From a virus: a stretch of 25,798 nt of DNA. The stretch is from the IMG/VR virus record IMGVR_UViG_3300002821_000230. The stretch is one strand, 5' to 3'. Shown here in pieces: positions 8,269 to 16,339 of this stretch. Position 1 is the stretch's first letter, and each line of letters begins with the position of its first letter. A program made the translations under genes and the position numbers. The notes beneath the pieces were generated by a model. The model saw nothing but the letters and a program-made list of their open reading frames with translations. It ran no database searches and was not told the DNA's origin.

Positions 8269-8541
8269 ATGAACCAGACCAAAAAATTCATGCACACTCC
8301 CCTGGTGTGGGAGCTCGTGAAAATCGTGGACGACCATGAGATCGTGCTCCGCGCGTCCTACATATCCGCGGAGGAGTTTTGTCAGCTCGCGTGCAGGCCA
8401 GGGCCCATGCTTCCCAGGAGCATGCTTCCGGGGAGCATGCTCCCGGATGTGGACGCGGGGGAGTGGATCGGGACAGGCCTGCGCTTTGTGCACGCTGGCC
8501 AGGATTACCTGCTGAGGTGCAGGATCGAGGGAGTGATCTGA
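8269..8541 (+). CDS. Hypothetical protein, PxLVWELV family member 1
   Basis: ATG8269 after AGGAGA; shares LVWELV and AGEW..GL.F.H.G..(Y/F)L.RCR with the 9358 product. Confidence 0.75.
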   Translation: MNQTKKFMHTPLVWELVKIVDDHEIVLRASYISAEEFCQLACRPGPMLPRSMLPGSMLPDVDAGEWIGTGLRFVHAGQDYLLRCRIEGVI

Positions 8542-8542
8542 G

Positions 8543-9337
8543 ATGGAGACCGGTGAGTATCTCCTCAAGGGTCCCGGCGACGTACCGAGCATACGCGTGC
8601 GGTTTTCTGGGGGGAGATTCTACCCGGAGACCGCTCCGGGGAGGTTTTCCACGAACCCCATCCTGTGCGGGTGCACGGGAAAAACCGCTGCAACTGCTAC
8701 CCCCATGGTCGGGGACGAGCGCGGGGCGGTCTGCCCGCGCTGTGGTAAGACCCTCCCGATCGTCAAGACCCCGGCCGACCTCCGGGCCGACGAGGAGCAG
8801 CGGGAGCGCGAGCGAGCTGCGAGCCTCCGGCTGGTGTTCGCCGGCCGGACCGAGGATTTCGGGCGGGTCTGGAGGTTGTCCGGTCGGGTCGACAAGAGCA
8901 CGTGGTCTAAGATCCGGCCACTGATGAGGTACCTGACCCGGGCCGACGAGGCCGGGATGGACGCTGACGACCATGACCTCGGGTGGGTGACCCCCCACCC
9001 CGAGGAGGTGGAGCGAATCCTCGGGATAACCGGGGACAGGACAGTCGCGGCCCAGCGAGCCGCTCGGGAGGCCGTTCGGGAGGCCGCAGACCAACTCAGG
9101 GAGGATCTGATCCGCGAGGGCGAGACCCTCTGCGAGCAGTTCCACGGCCGGCGATTTTTCGCGGACTGGTCGTGGGACGACTACAGTCAGTGCGCGGGGG
9201 ATGTGGTCGCAGAGAGCGACCACTGGCAGGTTAGAGACTACCTGATTGACGGGCAGACCGTCGGGGTCTGCCTGGAGGCAAAGGATGGTAACCCCGTCAG
9301 CCCCGGAGACGTAATCCGGGGCCGCTGGGAAATGTAA
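8543..9337 (+). CDS. Hypothetical protein with Zn ribbon (CGC...CPRC)
   Basis: 264 aa, GAGGGAG RBS, Cys pairs. Confidence 0.8.
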   Translation: METGEYLLKGPGDVPSIRVRFSGGRFYPETAPGRFSTNPILCGCTGKTAATATPMVGDERGAVCPRCGKTLPIVKTPADLRADEEQRERERAASLRLVFAGRTEDFGRVWRLSGRVDKSTWSKIRPLMRYLTRADEAGMDADDHDLGWVTPHPEEVERILGITGDRTVAAQRAAREAVREAADQLREDLIREGETLCEQFHGRRFFADWSWDDYSQCAGDVVAESDHWQVRDYLIDGQTVGVCLEAKDGNPVSPGDVIRGRWEM

Positions 9338-9357
9338 GGAGTAAGGAGGAGATTACA

Positions 9358-9978
9358 ATGGCAAACAACAACACCAACCAAAAGACCCAGCCCCACCTAG
9401 TGTGGGAGCTGGTGCGGCTCGCACCTGCGAGCGAGGTTGTGGTCTGCTCGGTTGAGCAGACCGTGGAGGAACACGAGACCAACGGACGCGGGGACGCGCT
9501 CGCAAACCTGCTCCCGGTGGAGCTGATTGACTCCGCGAACGCGGGCGAGTGGAACGAGGAAGGTCTTCTCTTCGAACACGACGGGGAGACCTTCCTCGTG
9601 CGGTGCAGGGTCACCGCACGGGAGGAGATCGAGGAGATCGTGCACGACCCCATCCCAGAACCCCTCTCGCTGGGGGTCGGGGTGAGTATCGATGTGGTCT
9701 CCGATCACATGGATTCCCCGACGTGGTACGTCGGGATCTACGACGACGAAACCGCGGACTGGCTGGGAGAGGTCCCGACCCGCATGGACCCCATGCGCGT
9801 GCCCCTGGCTGCGATCGACGAGCTCGCAGAGGCTGTCGCGCGGTACATACTCCACGTATATCCCCGGTGCGTGGTGGGGACGGAGGAGCTAGCGCGGAGG
9901 ATCAGGATGGTCATTCGCACGGCCCGGGTGGGAGCCCCGCGCTCCTACCCGGAGATTGAGAGGGAGGGGGTGGAGTAA
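9358..9978 (+). CDS. Hypothetical two-domain protein, PxLVWELV family member 2
   Basis: 206 aa; N-half matches the 8269 product, C-half matches the 10474 product; GGAGGAG RBS. Confidence 0.85.
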   Translation: MANNNTNQKTQPHLVWELVRLAPASEVVVCSVEQTVEEHETNGRGDALANLLPVELIDSANAGEWNEEGLLFEHDGETFLVRCRVTAREEIEEIVHDPIPEPLSLGVGVSIDVVSDHMDSPTWYVGIYDDETADWLGEVPTRMDPMRVPLAAIDELAEAVARYILHVYPRCVVGTEELARRIRMVIRTARVGAPRSYPEIEREGVE

Positions 9979-10473
9979 ATGGCCCCAGAGCAAAACGCGG
10001 CCGGGGCGTACCTCCTCGACCTGCGGCGTGTCGCCGAGGAGTACGTCGACGGGTTTAGCCGCTACAACGGCGGGTGGATCCGGAAGATCGACCGGATCGA
10101 CAAGAGCAAGACAAATGGATACTCCCTGATCGGGGAGTTCTGCCGGGACGGGCTCCAGTGGATGGGCCCCGGCGTGTACCTCGACTGCTCCAGGGGGGGC
10201 AGCCGGAAATACCAGCGCATGATCTACACCGTCTTCGTCCTGCACGAGGACGGTACGGTCACGGCATACAACGACGACGCAGTTGTTAGCGACGTGGGCC
10301 AGGGCGGCGATCGGTTCGTCCGGCTCTGGCCGGCGGTCGAGCGCGCGCTCGAGGAGGTGGCCAGCGTGGACAACAAACTCGCGGCGCTCCGCGCGCGCAG
10401 GGCGGAACTCCTGGCGGAATTGGCGCAGATTGAGGAGGAAATCATGGAGTTAGAGAACAAGGAGGTGGCCTAA
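9979..10473 (+). CDS. Hypothetical protein with C-terminal coiled coil
   Basis: 164 aa; TAAATG junction; motif WIRKIDRIDKSKTNGYSLIGEF. Confidence 0.85.
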   Translation: MAPEQNAAGAYLLDLRRVAEEYVDGFSRYNGGWIRKIDRIDKSKTNGYSLIGEFCRDGLQWMGPGVYLDCSRGGSRKYQRMIYTVFVLHEDGTVTAYNDDAVVSDVGQGGDRFVRLWPAVERALEEVASVDNKLAALRARRAELLAELAQIEEEIMELENKEVA

Positions 10474-11013
10474 ATGGCCACCCAGACAACCCAGCCCCAC
10501 CTGGTGTGGGAGCTGGTGAGCAGGGAAGGAGAGGATCTCTGCTCTCTCGACGAGGATAGGGCCCCGCAGGAACTGCGGGACTATGTACGTGCGGGAGAAA
10601 CCCGGCGCGTATACGTGAGGTGCGCGCGCCGGGCACCCCCCACATGGGTGTATCCCCCACCCACATTCCCGGAGCCCCAGCCGATCGGCCGGGGCGAGAT
10701 TGAGGTCAACCTGACATGGGTCACCGGCCCGGAGTGGCGGGTCGGGATATACCAAAAGGTTGGGGAAGTCTCGTTTGAGCGGGACCCCCTCCGCTGGCCC
10801 CCGCCAGGGGAGAAGATCGCCGACAAAATCCTCGCGTGCACGGGGATTACTGCGGACCGCGATGAAGTAGCCGCAGACGTGCGGAGAGTGCTCCGCGCGA
10901 TGCGAGCTAAAGTCCCGCATGCTTACCAGGGGATTGAGGATGAAGAGGAAGAGGAAGATTATCTTCCTCCGGATCTTCGACCTGATTCGGGAGAGTATAT
11001 AGAGGTGGAGTAA
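10474..11013 (+). CDS. Hypothetical protein, PxLVWELV family member 3
   Basis: 179 aa; TQPHLVWELV start; W.VGIY..GEV..DP.R.P..P..Y..IE shared with the 9358 product; acidic tail. Confidence 0.85.
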   Translation: MATQTTQPHLVWELVSREGEDLCSLDEDRAPQELRDYVRAGETRRVYVRCARRAPPTWVYPPPTFPEPQPIGRGEIEVNLTWVTGPEWRVGIYQKVGEVSFERDPLRWPPPGEKIADKILACTGITADRDEVAADVRRVLRAMRAKVPHAYQGIEDEEEEEDYLPPDLRPDSGEYIEVE

Positions 11014-11361
11014 ATGACCCAAGAGCAGCAGCGTCTGGAGATATTGCTCTCCCGTGACGGGCGGGGGGGCAGCACCTTGAGCGCAGGGGTATACCTCTCA
11101 GGTGACCTGATAGCGTGGGTGCAGTTCGCGGCCACCTCCCTCGTGATCCCGACGACAACGGCCTACACAGACCGCGTGGCCGAGGAGGTCGCAAAAGCCG
11201 GGTTTGATCTCCTGGAGGCTGGTCGGCCTGAGATGGTCTCCAGGGTGCGGGAGGTGCTGGAGGAGACGGGCGCCCGGGAGAAACAGATTGCAGCACTCAT
11301 GAAGGAGATCTGCGAGCTCAGGAAGAGGATTCGCGAGCTTGAGGGGAGGGGGTCTAAATGA
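11014..11361 (+). CDS. Hypothetical protein with C-terminal coiled coil
   Basis: 115 aa; TAAATG junction, GAGGTGGAG RBS. Confidence 0.8.
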   Translation: MTQEQQRLEILLSRDGRGGSTLSAGVYLSGDLIAWVQFAATSLVIPTTTAYTDRVAEEVAKAGFDLLEAGRPEMVSRVREVLEETGAREKQIAALMKEICELRKRIRELEGRGSK

Positions 11362-11687
11362 CCTCCCCCCTAGAGCCGCCGCGAGGCGATAGCCTTGTCG
11401 TCGGTGGTTATGATCTCGATACCTTTCGGCACGTCGCTGGTGGAGGGGTCGCGATCATACGTATTATGGAGACAGCCGGATCGGTGCCGGTTGCCGGGGG
11501 ATATAACAAGATCGTCGAATGCGATCGCGCAGGCATGCGGGTGGTTGTGCAGGAGGCTATCGAGTACGCCCGCGAGCACGGTCTCACCCTACAGGTATAC
11601 AGCCGACACGTTCGCGCGGATATTGAGGCCGGATTTATTGATGCGAGCGGGATTAGTGTGCATTATAGGGTGGGGGGTCCATCATGA
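11358..11687 (+). CDS. Hypothetical protein
   Basis: 109 aa, ATGA overlaps at both ends. Confidence 0.75.
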   Translation: MTSPLEPPRGDSLVVGGYDLDTFRHVAGGGVAIIRIMETAGSVPVAGGYNKIVECDRAGMRVVVQEAIEYAREHGLTLQVYSRHVRADIEAGFIDASGISVHYRVGGPS

Positions 11688-11923
11688 CAACGTTTGACGA
11701 GCTAGTCGCGCGGTCCGCTGAACACTCCAAGCGAGAGGCCGGACTACCCGGACGCGCAGATCCGGCTGCGGCCGTGCCCTGCAAGGGGTGCGCGCAGGCC
11801 GTCGTGCGGCAGAGCGTTGACTGGCATGGGGCATGTGGTGTCCCGGTGGTCCGGTACGGGTGCACCGGGGATCCCGATGCGTGCCCGTATAATGGCAAGG
11901 AGCGAGGAGGCGAAAGGGTATGA
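11684..11923 (+). CDS. Small Cys-rich protein
   Basis: 79 aa, CxxC and further Cys; ATGA overlaps. Confidence 0.7.
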   Translation: MTTFDELVARSAEHSKREAGLPGRADPAAAVPCKGCAQAVVRQSVDWHGACGVPVVRYGCTGDPDACPYNGKERGGERV

Positions 11924-12108
11924 AGGAAAGATTTGTTATCGGCCTGCTCCATGGCTCCGAGAGCGAGGTTTTCGAGTGCCGCGCAAAGGTACCCGAGATG
12001 ATCGTGGTCGAGGTGCCACCAAACACCTATGACCGCGTTTTGGATCTGCTCGTTTTGGATCTGATGATGAATCTTATTATTCAGGGCCGAGAGGAGGCAA
12101 AAAAATGA
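11920..12108 (+). CDS. Small hypothetical protein
   Basis: 62 aa, GAGGAGG RBS, ATGA overlaps. Confidence 0.65.
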   Translation: MKERFVIGLLHGSESEVFECRAKVPEMIVVEVPPNTYDRVLDLLVLDLMMNLIIQGREEAKK

Positions 12109-12713
12109 GTTTTACAATCGATTTGCCGGCATTGCCAGGCCCGGCTGCGCTTGTGGAGCCCGATGACGAATGTCGACCACAGCAGATCCTGCTGGTGATC
12201 AACTGGGTCAACCGGTCAATCACCGTCGAGACCAGGATGAGGAGTGATGGTGGCTGCCTGGGATCACGGTGGCGCGGTATGGAGGACGCGTACGTCCTCC
12301 CGCCGAATGTTGACGCCACCGAACTCCGCGACTGGATAGAGCGGGAGGTCGTCCCGCGAGCAACCCCCCTCGCGGAGGCGTTTCGAGTTGACTGTGATGG
12401 CATGAAATGCTATGGGTGTTTCACGGATGCGCGAGAAGAAAAGTTTGAGTTTGACCGGTGGATCTCCGTGGAAGCCGAGCCCCCGCAGCACGATCTGGAG
12501 ATCTGGGGAGTCAGGGAGTGGGTTGATCCTGGGGAGGCGATCGATCTGGGGCTTGCCAAGGATACCACAGATGAGGGGTTGGAGGCACTTGCAGACGTTC
12601 TCCTGGAGATAGCCGACTATCATAGGGTTGTGCTCGTCGGCGGAAGGAGGGAAGTACTGGAGTACCTCCGGGAACTCCGGGACACTCTGATGGAGGGGGG
12701 GTCTAAATGGTGA
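12105..12713 (+). CDS. Hypothetical protein, tandem paralog A
   Basis: 202 aa; ILLVI.W..R.I.VET and LP.NVDATELR.W.E.EVVPRA.PLA shared with the next gene. Confidence 0.85.
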   Translation: MSFTIDLPALPGPAALVEPDDECRPQQILLVINWVNRSITVETRMRSDGGCLGSRWRGMEDAYVLPPNVDATELRDWIEREVVPRATPLAEAFRVDCDGMKCYGCFTDAREEKFEFDRWISVEAEPPQHDLEIWGVREWVDPGEAIDLGLAKDTTDEGLEALADVLLEIADYHRVVLVGGRREVLEYLRELRDTLMEGGSKW

Positions 12714-13315
12714 ACCCACCTGGGGTGTTCGCGGTCAACATCGAGGACTACGAGCACCCAACGGCACTGGTGGATCTCGATCCCGACGGCAAGCCGAACG
12801 AGATCCTGCTGGTGATCGACTGGGCCGGGAGAACGATCTCGGTTGAGACCCCGAAACAGTTTGACTACGGCAACGAGGCCTGGTTGCGCGACCTGGTTGA
12901 CATCTACGACCTACCGGAGAACGTTGACGCGACCGAACTCCGGGCATGGGTCGAGGAGGAGGTCGTGCCGCGCGCGCAACCCCTCGCAGACGTGTTTGGG
13001 ATTGTTACCCGGAACGGAAAGCGGTGGGGAGAATTCCGCGGGGTGGAGGACGCGCGAAAGGGATTTCACGTATGGATGGGTATCCACGCCAGACCCCCCA
13101 CGTATGACTGGGAGGTGTGGGAAGTTGCCGACTATCTGCCGGACCTCCCGGAGAGCATGAGCACGATCTCCGACGAGGAGATTGAGCTCCTCGCAGATCG
13201 CGCGCTCAAGTACGCGGCGATGGAGGGCGTGGTGTTCATCGGCGGCAGGGGGGCTGTCCGCGAGTTCCTCGCCGCATCCAGGGAACGTCTGAGAGAGAGG
13301 GGGGTCGGGGAATAA
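12707..13315 (+). CDS. Hypothetical protein, tandem paralog B
   Basis: 202 aa; same motifs as the 12105 product. Confidence 0.85.
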   Translation: MVNPPGVFAVNIEDYEHPTALVDLDPDGKPNEILLVIDWAGRTISVETPKQFDYGNEAWLRDLVDIYDLPENVDATELRAWVEEEVVPRAQPLADVFGIVTRNGKRWGEFRGVEDARKGFHVWMGIHARPPTYDWEVWEVADYLPDLPESMSTISDEEIELLADRALKYAAMEGVVFIGGRGAVREFLAASRERLRERGVGE

Positions 13316-13325
13316 CCCGGTCTCC

Positions 13326-13631
13326 ATGGTGATCAACATGACTAATGACAGAATAGCAGACAGAATAGATCTCGGCGGTGGGTTTGAGATCTGTGTGGCA
13401 CCAGACGATGAGGGGGTATGGACGCTCACCCTCTACCATGAGGGTGAGTGGGTCGGAGAGATACCGCTGTGGGGCGAGCGCCCCACAATCCCGCGTGAGC
13501 CTGACTGTTACCAAATCAGGGGATATGCGGTGCTGGAGGGCACCGTAAAGCCGTATGGCAATTCGGCGCACGTTGCGGTGCCCCGGAAACACACAGGAAA
13601 GAGGGTAAAGATAGTTGTCATAGAGCCATGA
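13326..13631 (+). CDS. Protein with C-terminal DUF2080-like (AbrB-fold) DNA-binding domain; alternative start 13338
   Basis: C-terminus VKPYGNSAHVAVPRKHTGKRVKIVVI fits the DUF2080 pattern. Confidence 0.7.
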   Translation: MVINMTNDRIADRIDLGGGFEICVAPDDEGVWTLTLYHEGEWVGEIPLWGERPTIPREPDCYQIRGYAVLEGTVKPYGNSAHVAVPRKHTGKRVKIVVIEP

Positions 13632-13651
13632 GCTCTATGACGGCCCCGGCC

Positions 13652-13858
13652 TCAAACTCTTTTCCCTTTCTTGTCGCTTCTATTCTTCCTTGTCTCGTGG
13701 TAAACTCTCCCGGTGCTGCTGCGCCTTTTCCCGGGCAGCATTGCCTTGCGCTGTCTGTCGCGGGTAAGATTGGACCTGCCAGTCTGCCGACTTGTTGCGG
13801 CAATTACCCGCCCACGTGGTTTACGCCCGGTTTTACTCCGGGCTCTGGCTTTAGCCAT
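13652..13858 (-). CDS. Very basic small protein, candidate DNA-condensing virion core protein
   Basis: 68 aa, R/K-rich; TATTAA about 26-31 nt upstream on the minus strand (leaderless promoter). Confidence 0.65.
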   Translation of the reverse strand: MAKARARSKTGRKPRGRVIAATSRQTGRSNLTRDRQRKAMLPGKRRSSTGRVYHETRKNRSDKKGKRV

Positions 13859-13912
13859 ACTGGCTGTTTAGGGCTGCTTGGCATTAATAGTTTATGGTTC
13901 GAGCGTCCGCGA

Positions 13913-13986
13913 TATCCCCGGACAGATTCGAACTACCGACACTCTGCGAATAAGGCAGCCTGATGACCTAACAGATCCATAGGTAT
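13913..13986 (-). other. tRNA-like sequence (degenerate tRNA or candidate attP)
   Basis: Minus strand has T-arm GGTAG-TTCGAAT-CTGTC preceded by GTC, a hairpin CTGC-CTTATTC-GCAG in anticodon-arm position, and 3' CGGGGAT-A; D-arm and acceptor pairing are imperfect. Confidence 0.35.
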
Positions 13987-13992
13987 ATAGAT
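13981..13992 (+). promoter_or_regulatory. TATA box for a leaderless integrase transcript
   Basis: GGTATATAG with TATATA 25-30 nt upstream of ATG14014; no RBS before the ATG. Confidence 0.55.
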
Positions 13993-14013
13993 GCTTGGCA
14001 CAATACTTCTTTA

Positions 14014-14577
14014 ATGCCACGAAAACAGGAACACGGGAAAGCAGCACCATACCGGACCGGGGAACTTGCACTCACACGGGGGGAGTACCAGAAACTCCTG
14101 GCCGCGTGTGGGACACAACAGGATCGGGTCCTGATAATGATGGGTGTCGCCCTCGGGTTGAGGCGGTCCGATCTCGTCCGGGTGCGGTGGAGCGATATTG
14201 ACTTCGAGAGGTCGGAACTCCATTATCGGGAGCGGAAAAAGGGCGACCGGTTGAGGACGGTGCCGATAGGCCCAAAACTCCGCCAGGAACTGATGATTCT
14301 GCGAGCCAGCACGCCGAAGAATCAGGCCACCGTGTTCTCGTTCGGGGACCGGCAGGCATACACACGGTTCAACCGGGTCTGCGACCTGGCCGGGATTGAC
14401 CGCAGGCCGATCCATGCACTCAGGGCAACTGCGATCAAGTTCATGCAGGCCGCGGGATGGACACCCGAGCAGGTCGCAGAGATGACCGGCGACACCATCC
14501 GCACAATCCAGGAGCACTACCTGACACCCAGCAGGTCCGAACTCGCAGAGGCAGCAAAGGAGAGGGAGGTGGTCTAA
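14014..14577 (+). CDS. int: Tyrosine recombinase/integrase, catalytic domain only (187 aa)
   Basis: GLRRSD (R), RKKG (K), HALR (H-x-x-R), TGD at the usual LGH position, EHY nucleophile. Confidence 0.9.
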   Translation: MPRKQEHGKAAPYRTGELALTRGEYQKLLAACGTQQDRVLIMMGVALGLRRSDLVRVRWSDIDFERSELHYRERKKGDRLRTVPIGPKLRQELMILRASTPKNQATVFSFGDRQAYTRFNRVCDLAGIDRRPIHALRATAIKFMQAAGWTPEQVAEMTGDTIRTIQEHYLTPSRSELAEAAKEREVV

Positions 14578-14873
14578 CCTGCGACAATCTGCAACAGGTT
14601 GTTTGTGACCACAACCATATAGAGCCCCACGGCAGCAGCAACACAACAGATGCCGGACCGTGGAACCATACGATCCGCCTGCCGGGCCAGCAGCAACACA
14701 ACTCCTGCAAAGGAGAGTTTAATGATCAGGTGTAAAAGGGGTGACCAGACGAACACTGCGGCAACGGGATTCACCTCGCGACACCCGGCCTCCTGTAGTG
14801 CATAGGCCGTGGTGACAACGTCTCCTACCAGGAGGACGAGCAGGAGACCGAACTGGAGGCGTCTGGTATTCAC
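14574..14873 (-). CDS. Small membrane protein, DUF5658-like
   Basis: GDVVTT..AL...G.REVNP pattern with three hydrophobic segments; stop overlaps the int stop (convergent). Confidence 0.7.
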   Translation of the reverse strand: MNTRRLQFGLLLVLLVGDVVTTAYALQEAGCREVNPVAAVFVWSPLLHLIIKLSFAGVVLLLARQADRMVPRSGICCVAAAVGLYMVVVTNNLLQIVAG

Positions 14874-14879
14874 ACCTGA

Positions 14880-15206
14880 TCACGGTTGTCTGAGCTGTAG
14901 AGCGCGGAGTTCGCGCTCCTCGATTGCTATCTGTGCCTCTAACTCACTCGCCTCGCACAGGCGATCATCGCGGATTGCTCGCAGATTTGCAATCCGGGAT
15001 TTATGATCCTGAATCGCTTTGAGCCTGAGCGCCTCATCGTGCCCTGCACTGTCTTCGACCTCCCCGGCCGGAGGGTGTTCAAAATCACACCCGGCGCAGG
15101 GGCTGGTGTGGGAATAATAGATCCCAAAATTCTTCCTGCCGCACTTTGGACACGTCCACCAGATTTCTGTATCGGTGTATCCGGTTGGTTTTGCCTTTCT
15201 TGTCAT
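14880..15206 (-). CDS. Zn-ribbon plus coiled-coil protein
   Basis: ATG15206 after AGGTGA; CPKC...CAGC; heptad-rich C-terminus. Confidence 0.75.
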   Translation of the reverse strand: MTRKAKPTGYTDTEIWWTCPKCGRKNFGIYYSHTSPCAGCDFEHPPAGEVEDSAGHDEALRLKAIQDHKSRIANLRAIRDDRLCEASELEAQIAIEERELRALQLRQP

Positions 15207-15232
15207 TGATCCTGTCACCTACACACACTTTT

Positions 15233-15517
15233 TCACTCTGAGGGATCGAGAACTTCAAGTTCAGCATTATGTTCCCGCCACATGAGCAACATAGCCATCT
15301 GTTCATCTGTCAGGTCCGCGAGCCGCAGCACCGCCGAGCCAGGGTATCCGCAGTCCGGCTCCTCTGCTGTTGGGTAGATCCAGATTTTTCCGCCACATAT
15401 TGGGCAGTTATCGATATCCCCGGCAGGGAAGCAAGTACAGGGAGCTGCAACCCCGCACAGGTTTGGATTCTGGTGCTCACATCTCTCGTAGTAAATGCAG
15501 TCCTCGAAACAGGTCAC
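15233..15517 (-). CDS. Cys-rich hypothetical protein
   Basis: 94 aa; multiple Cys including CPICGG; ATGA overlap with the upstream gene. Confidence 0.7.
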   Translation of the reverse strand: MTCFEDCIYYERCEHQNPNLCGVAAPCTCFPAGDIDNCPICGGKIWIYPTAEEPDCGYPGSAVLRLADLTDEQMAMLLMWREHNAELEVLDPSE

Positions 15518-15813
15518 TTTATATCACTCTCCTCCGGCGTTGTGGATGAAAAATGCCGGATGAGAAGAGCGACCCCCACCCCGACAACCCCGAACGTGAG
15601 AAACGCAACAACATATCCGACACCGGCCCACTTCCCACCGTGAACAATCAGGCTCTGGATGGCCCAGACCCATGCAGCAAGCAACAGGAGTACGAGTGTT
15701 ATTGCACTGGCAACAACAAACCCATCTATACCTGTCGCGTAAAACCCAGCTATCAAAACAAGTGACGCACCGAGCAGGGTTAGGAAGACGTTTTTCCAGG
15801 TTAAATGCCTCAT
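15514..15813 (-). CDS. Small membrane protein (about 3 TM)
   Basis: 99 aa, strongly hydrophobic; ATGA overlaps. Confidence 0.75.
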   Translation of the reverse strand: MRHLTWKNVFLTLLGASLVLIAGFYATGIDGFVVASAITLVLLLLAAWVWAIQSLIVHGGKWAGVGYVVAFLTFGVVGVGVALLIRHFSSTTPEESDIK

Positions 15814-16325
15814 TTTGTGACCTCAGAATTTGCGTTCCCATACCGAGCCCGTCGCAACACCCAGCCACATTCCCGCGAACACGCCCTCGGCGGATACCCT
15901 CTCCGCTCCCCAGATCGAAACTCAGATATCCGCATCTGCCGTTCCCTGCCACACACCGGGCAGGTCACTATCACATATCGCCCTCCCAATACCCCACGGT
16001 GAGTATTGTCAAGGCGTACCCAGGGAGGCAGATCATCAATGACTGGATCATCCACGACCGGCACAGTCTCTGGATCCGGGGTCTTGTTGACGGCGGCCCC
16101 GGACACCGTTTTTATCCTGCGCAGTACCCGGCCGCAAGACAGAGAACACGTCTTCGGCGCTCGGCCGCAAGACAACTGTCTGAGATACCAGGATAGGAGA
16201 TACCTGGAATTTCGCCCACATATCGGGCAGGTGGCAATCACATACAGGCCCCCCATTCTGCCACGACGGGGATCAATCTGCACCCCTGGGGGGAGGTCGA
16301 TATCCATCACAGCGGGTTCAGACAT
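15810..16325 (-). CDS. Protein with two tandem Zn-finger repeats (CPxCG...CSxxC)
   Basis: Two internal repeats LPP.V..D..RG..GG.YVI.TCP.CGR...CS..CG.VLRR; start set at ATG16325. Confidence 0.75.
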   Translation of the reverse strand: MSEPAVMDIDLPPGVQIDPRRGRMGGLYVIATCPICGRNSRYLLSWYLRQLSCGRAPKTCSLSCGRVLRRIKTVSGAAVNKTPDPETVPVVDDPVIDDLPPWVRLDNTHRGVLGGRYVIVTCPVCGRERQMRISEFRSGERRGYPPRACSRECGWVLRRARYGNANSEVTK

Positions 16326-16339
16326 CTGCACCGCCAACT

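Noticed and set aside
8288-9223. 311-aa minus-strand ORF
   Set aside because: Antisense shadow of well-supported plus-strand genes in GC-rich DNA
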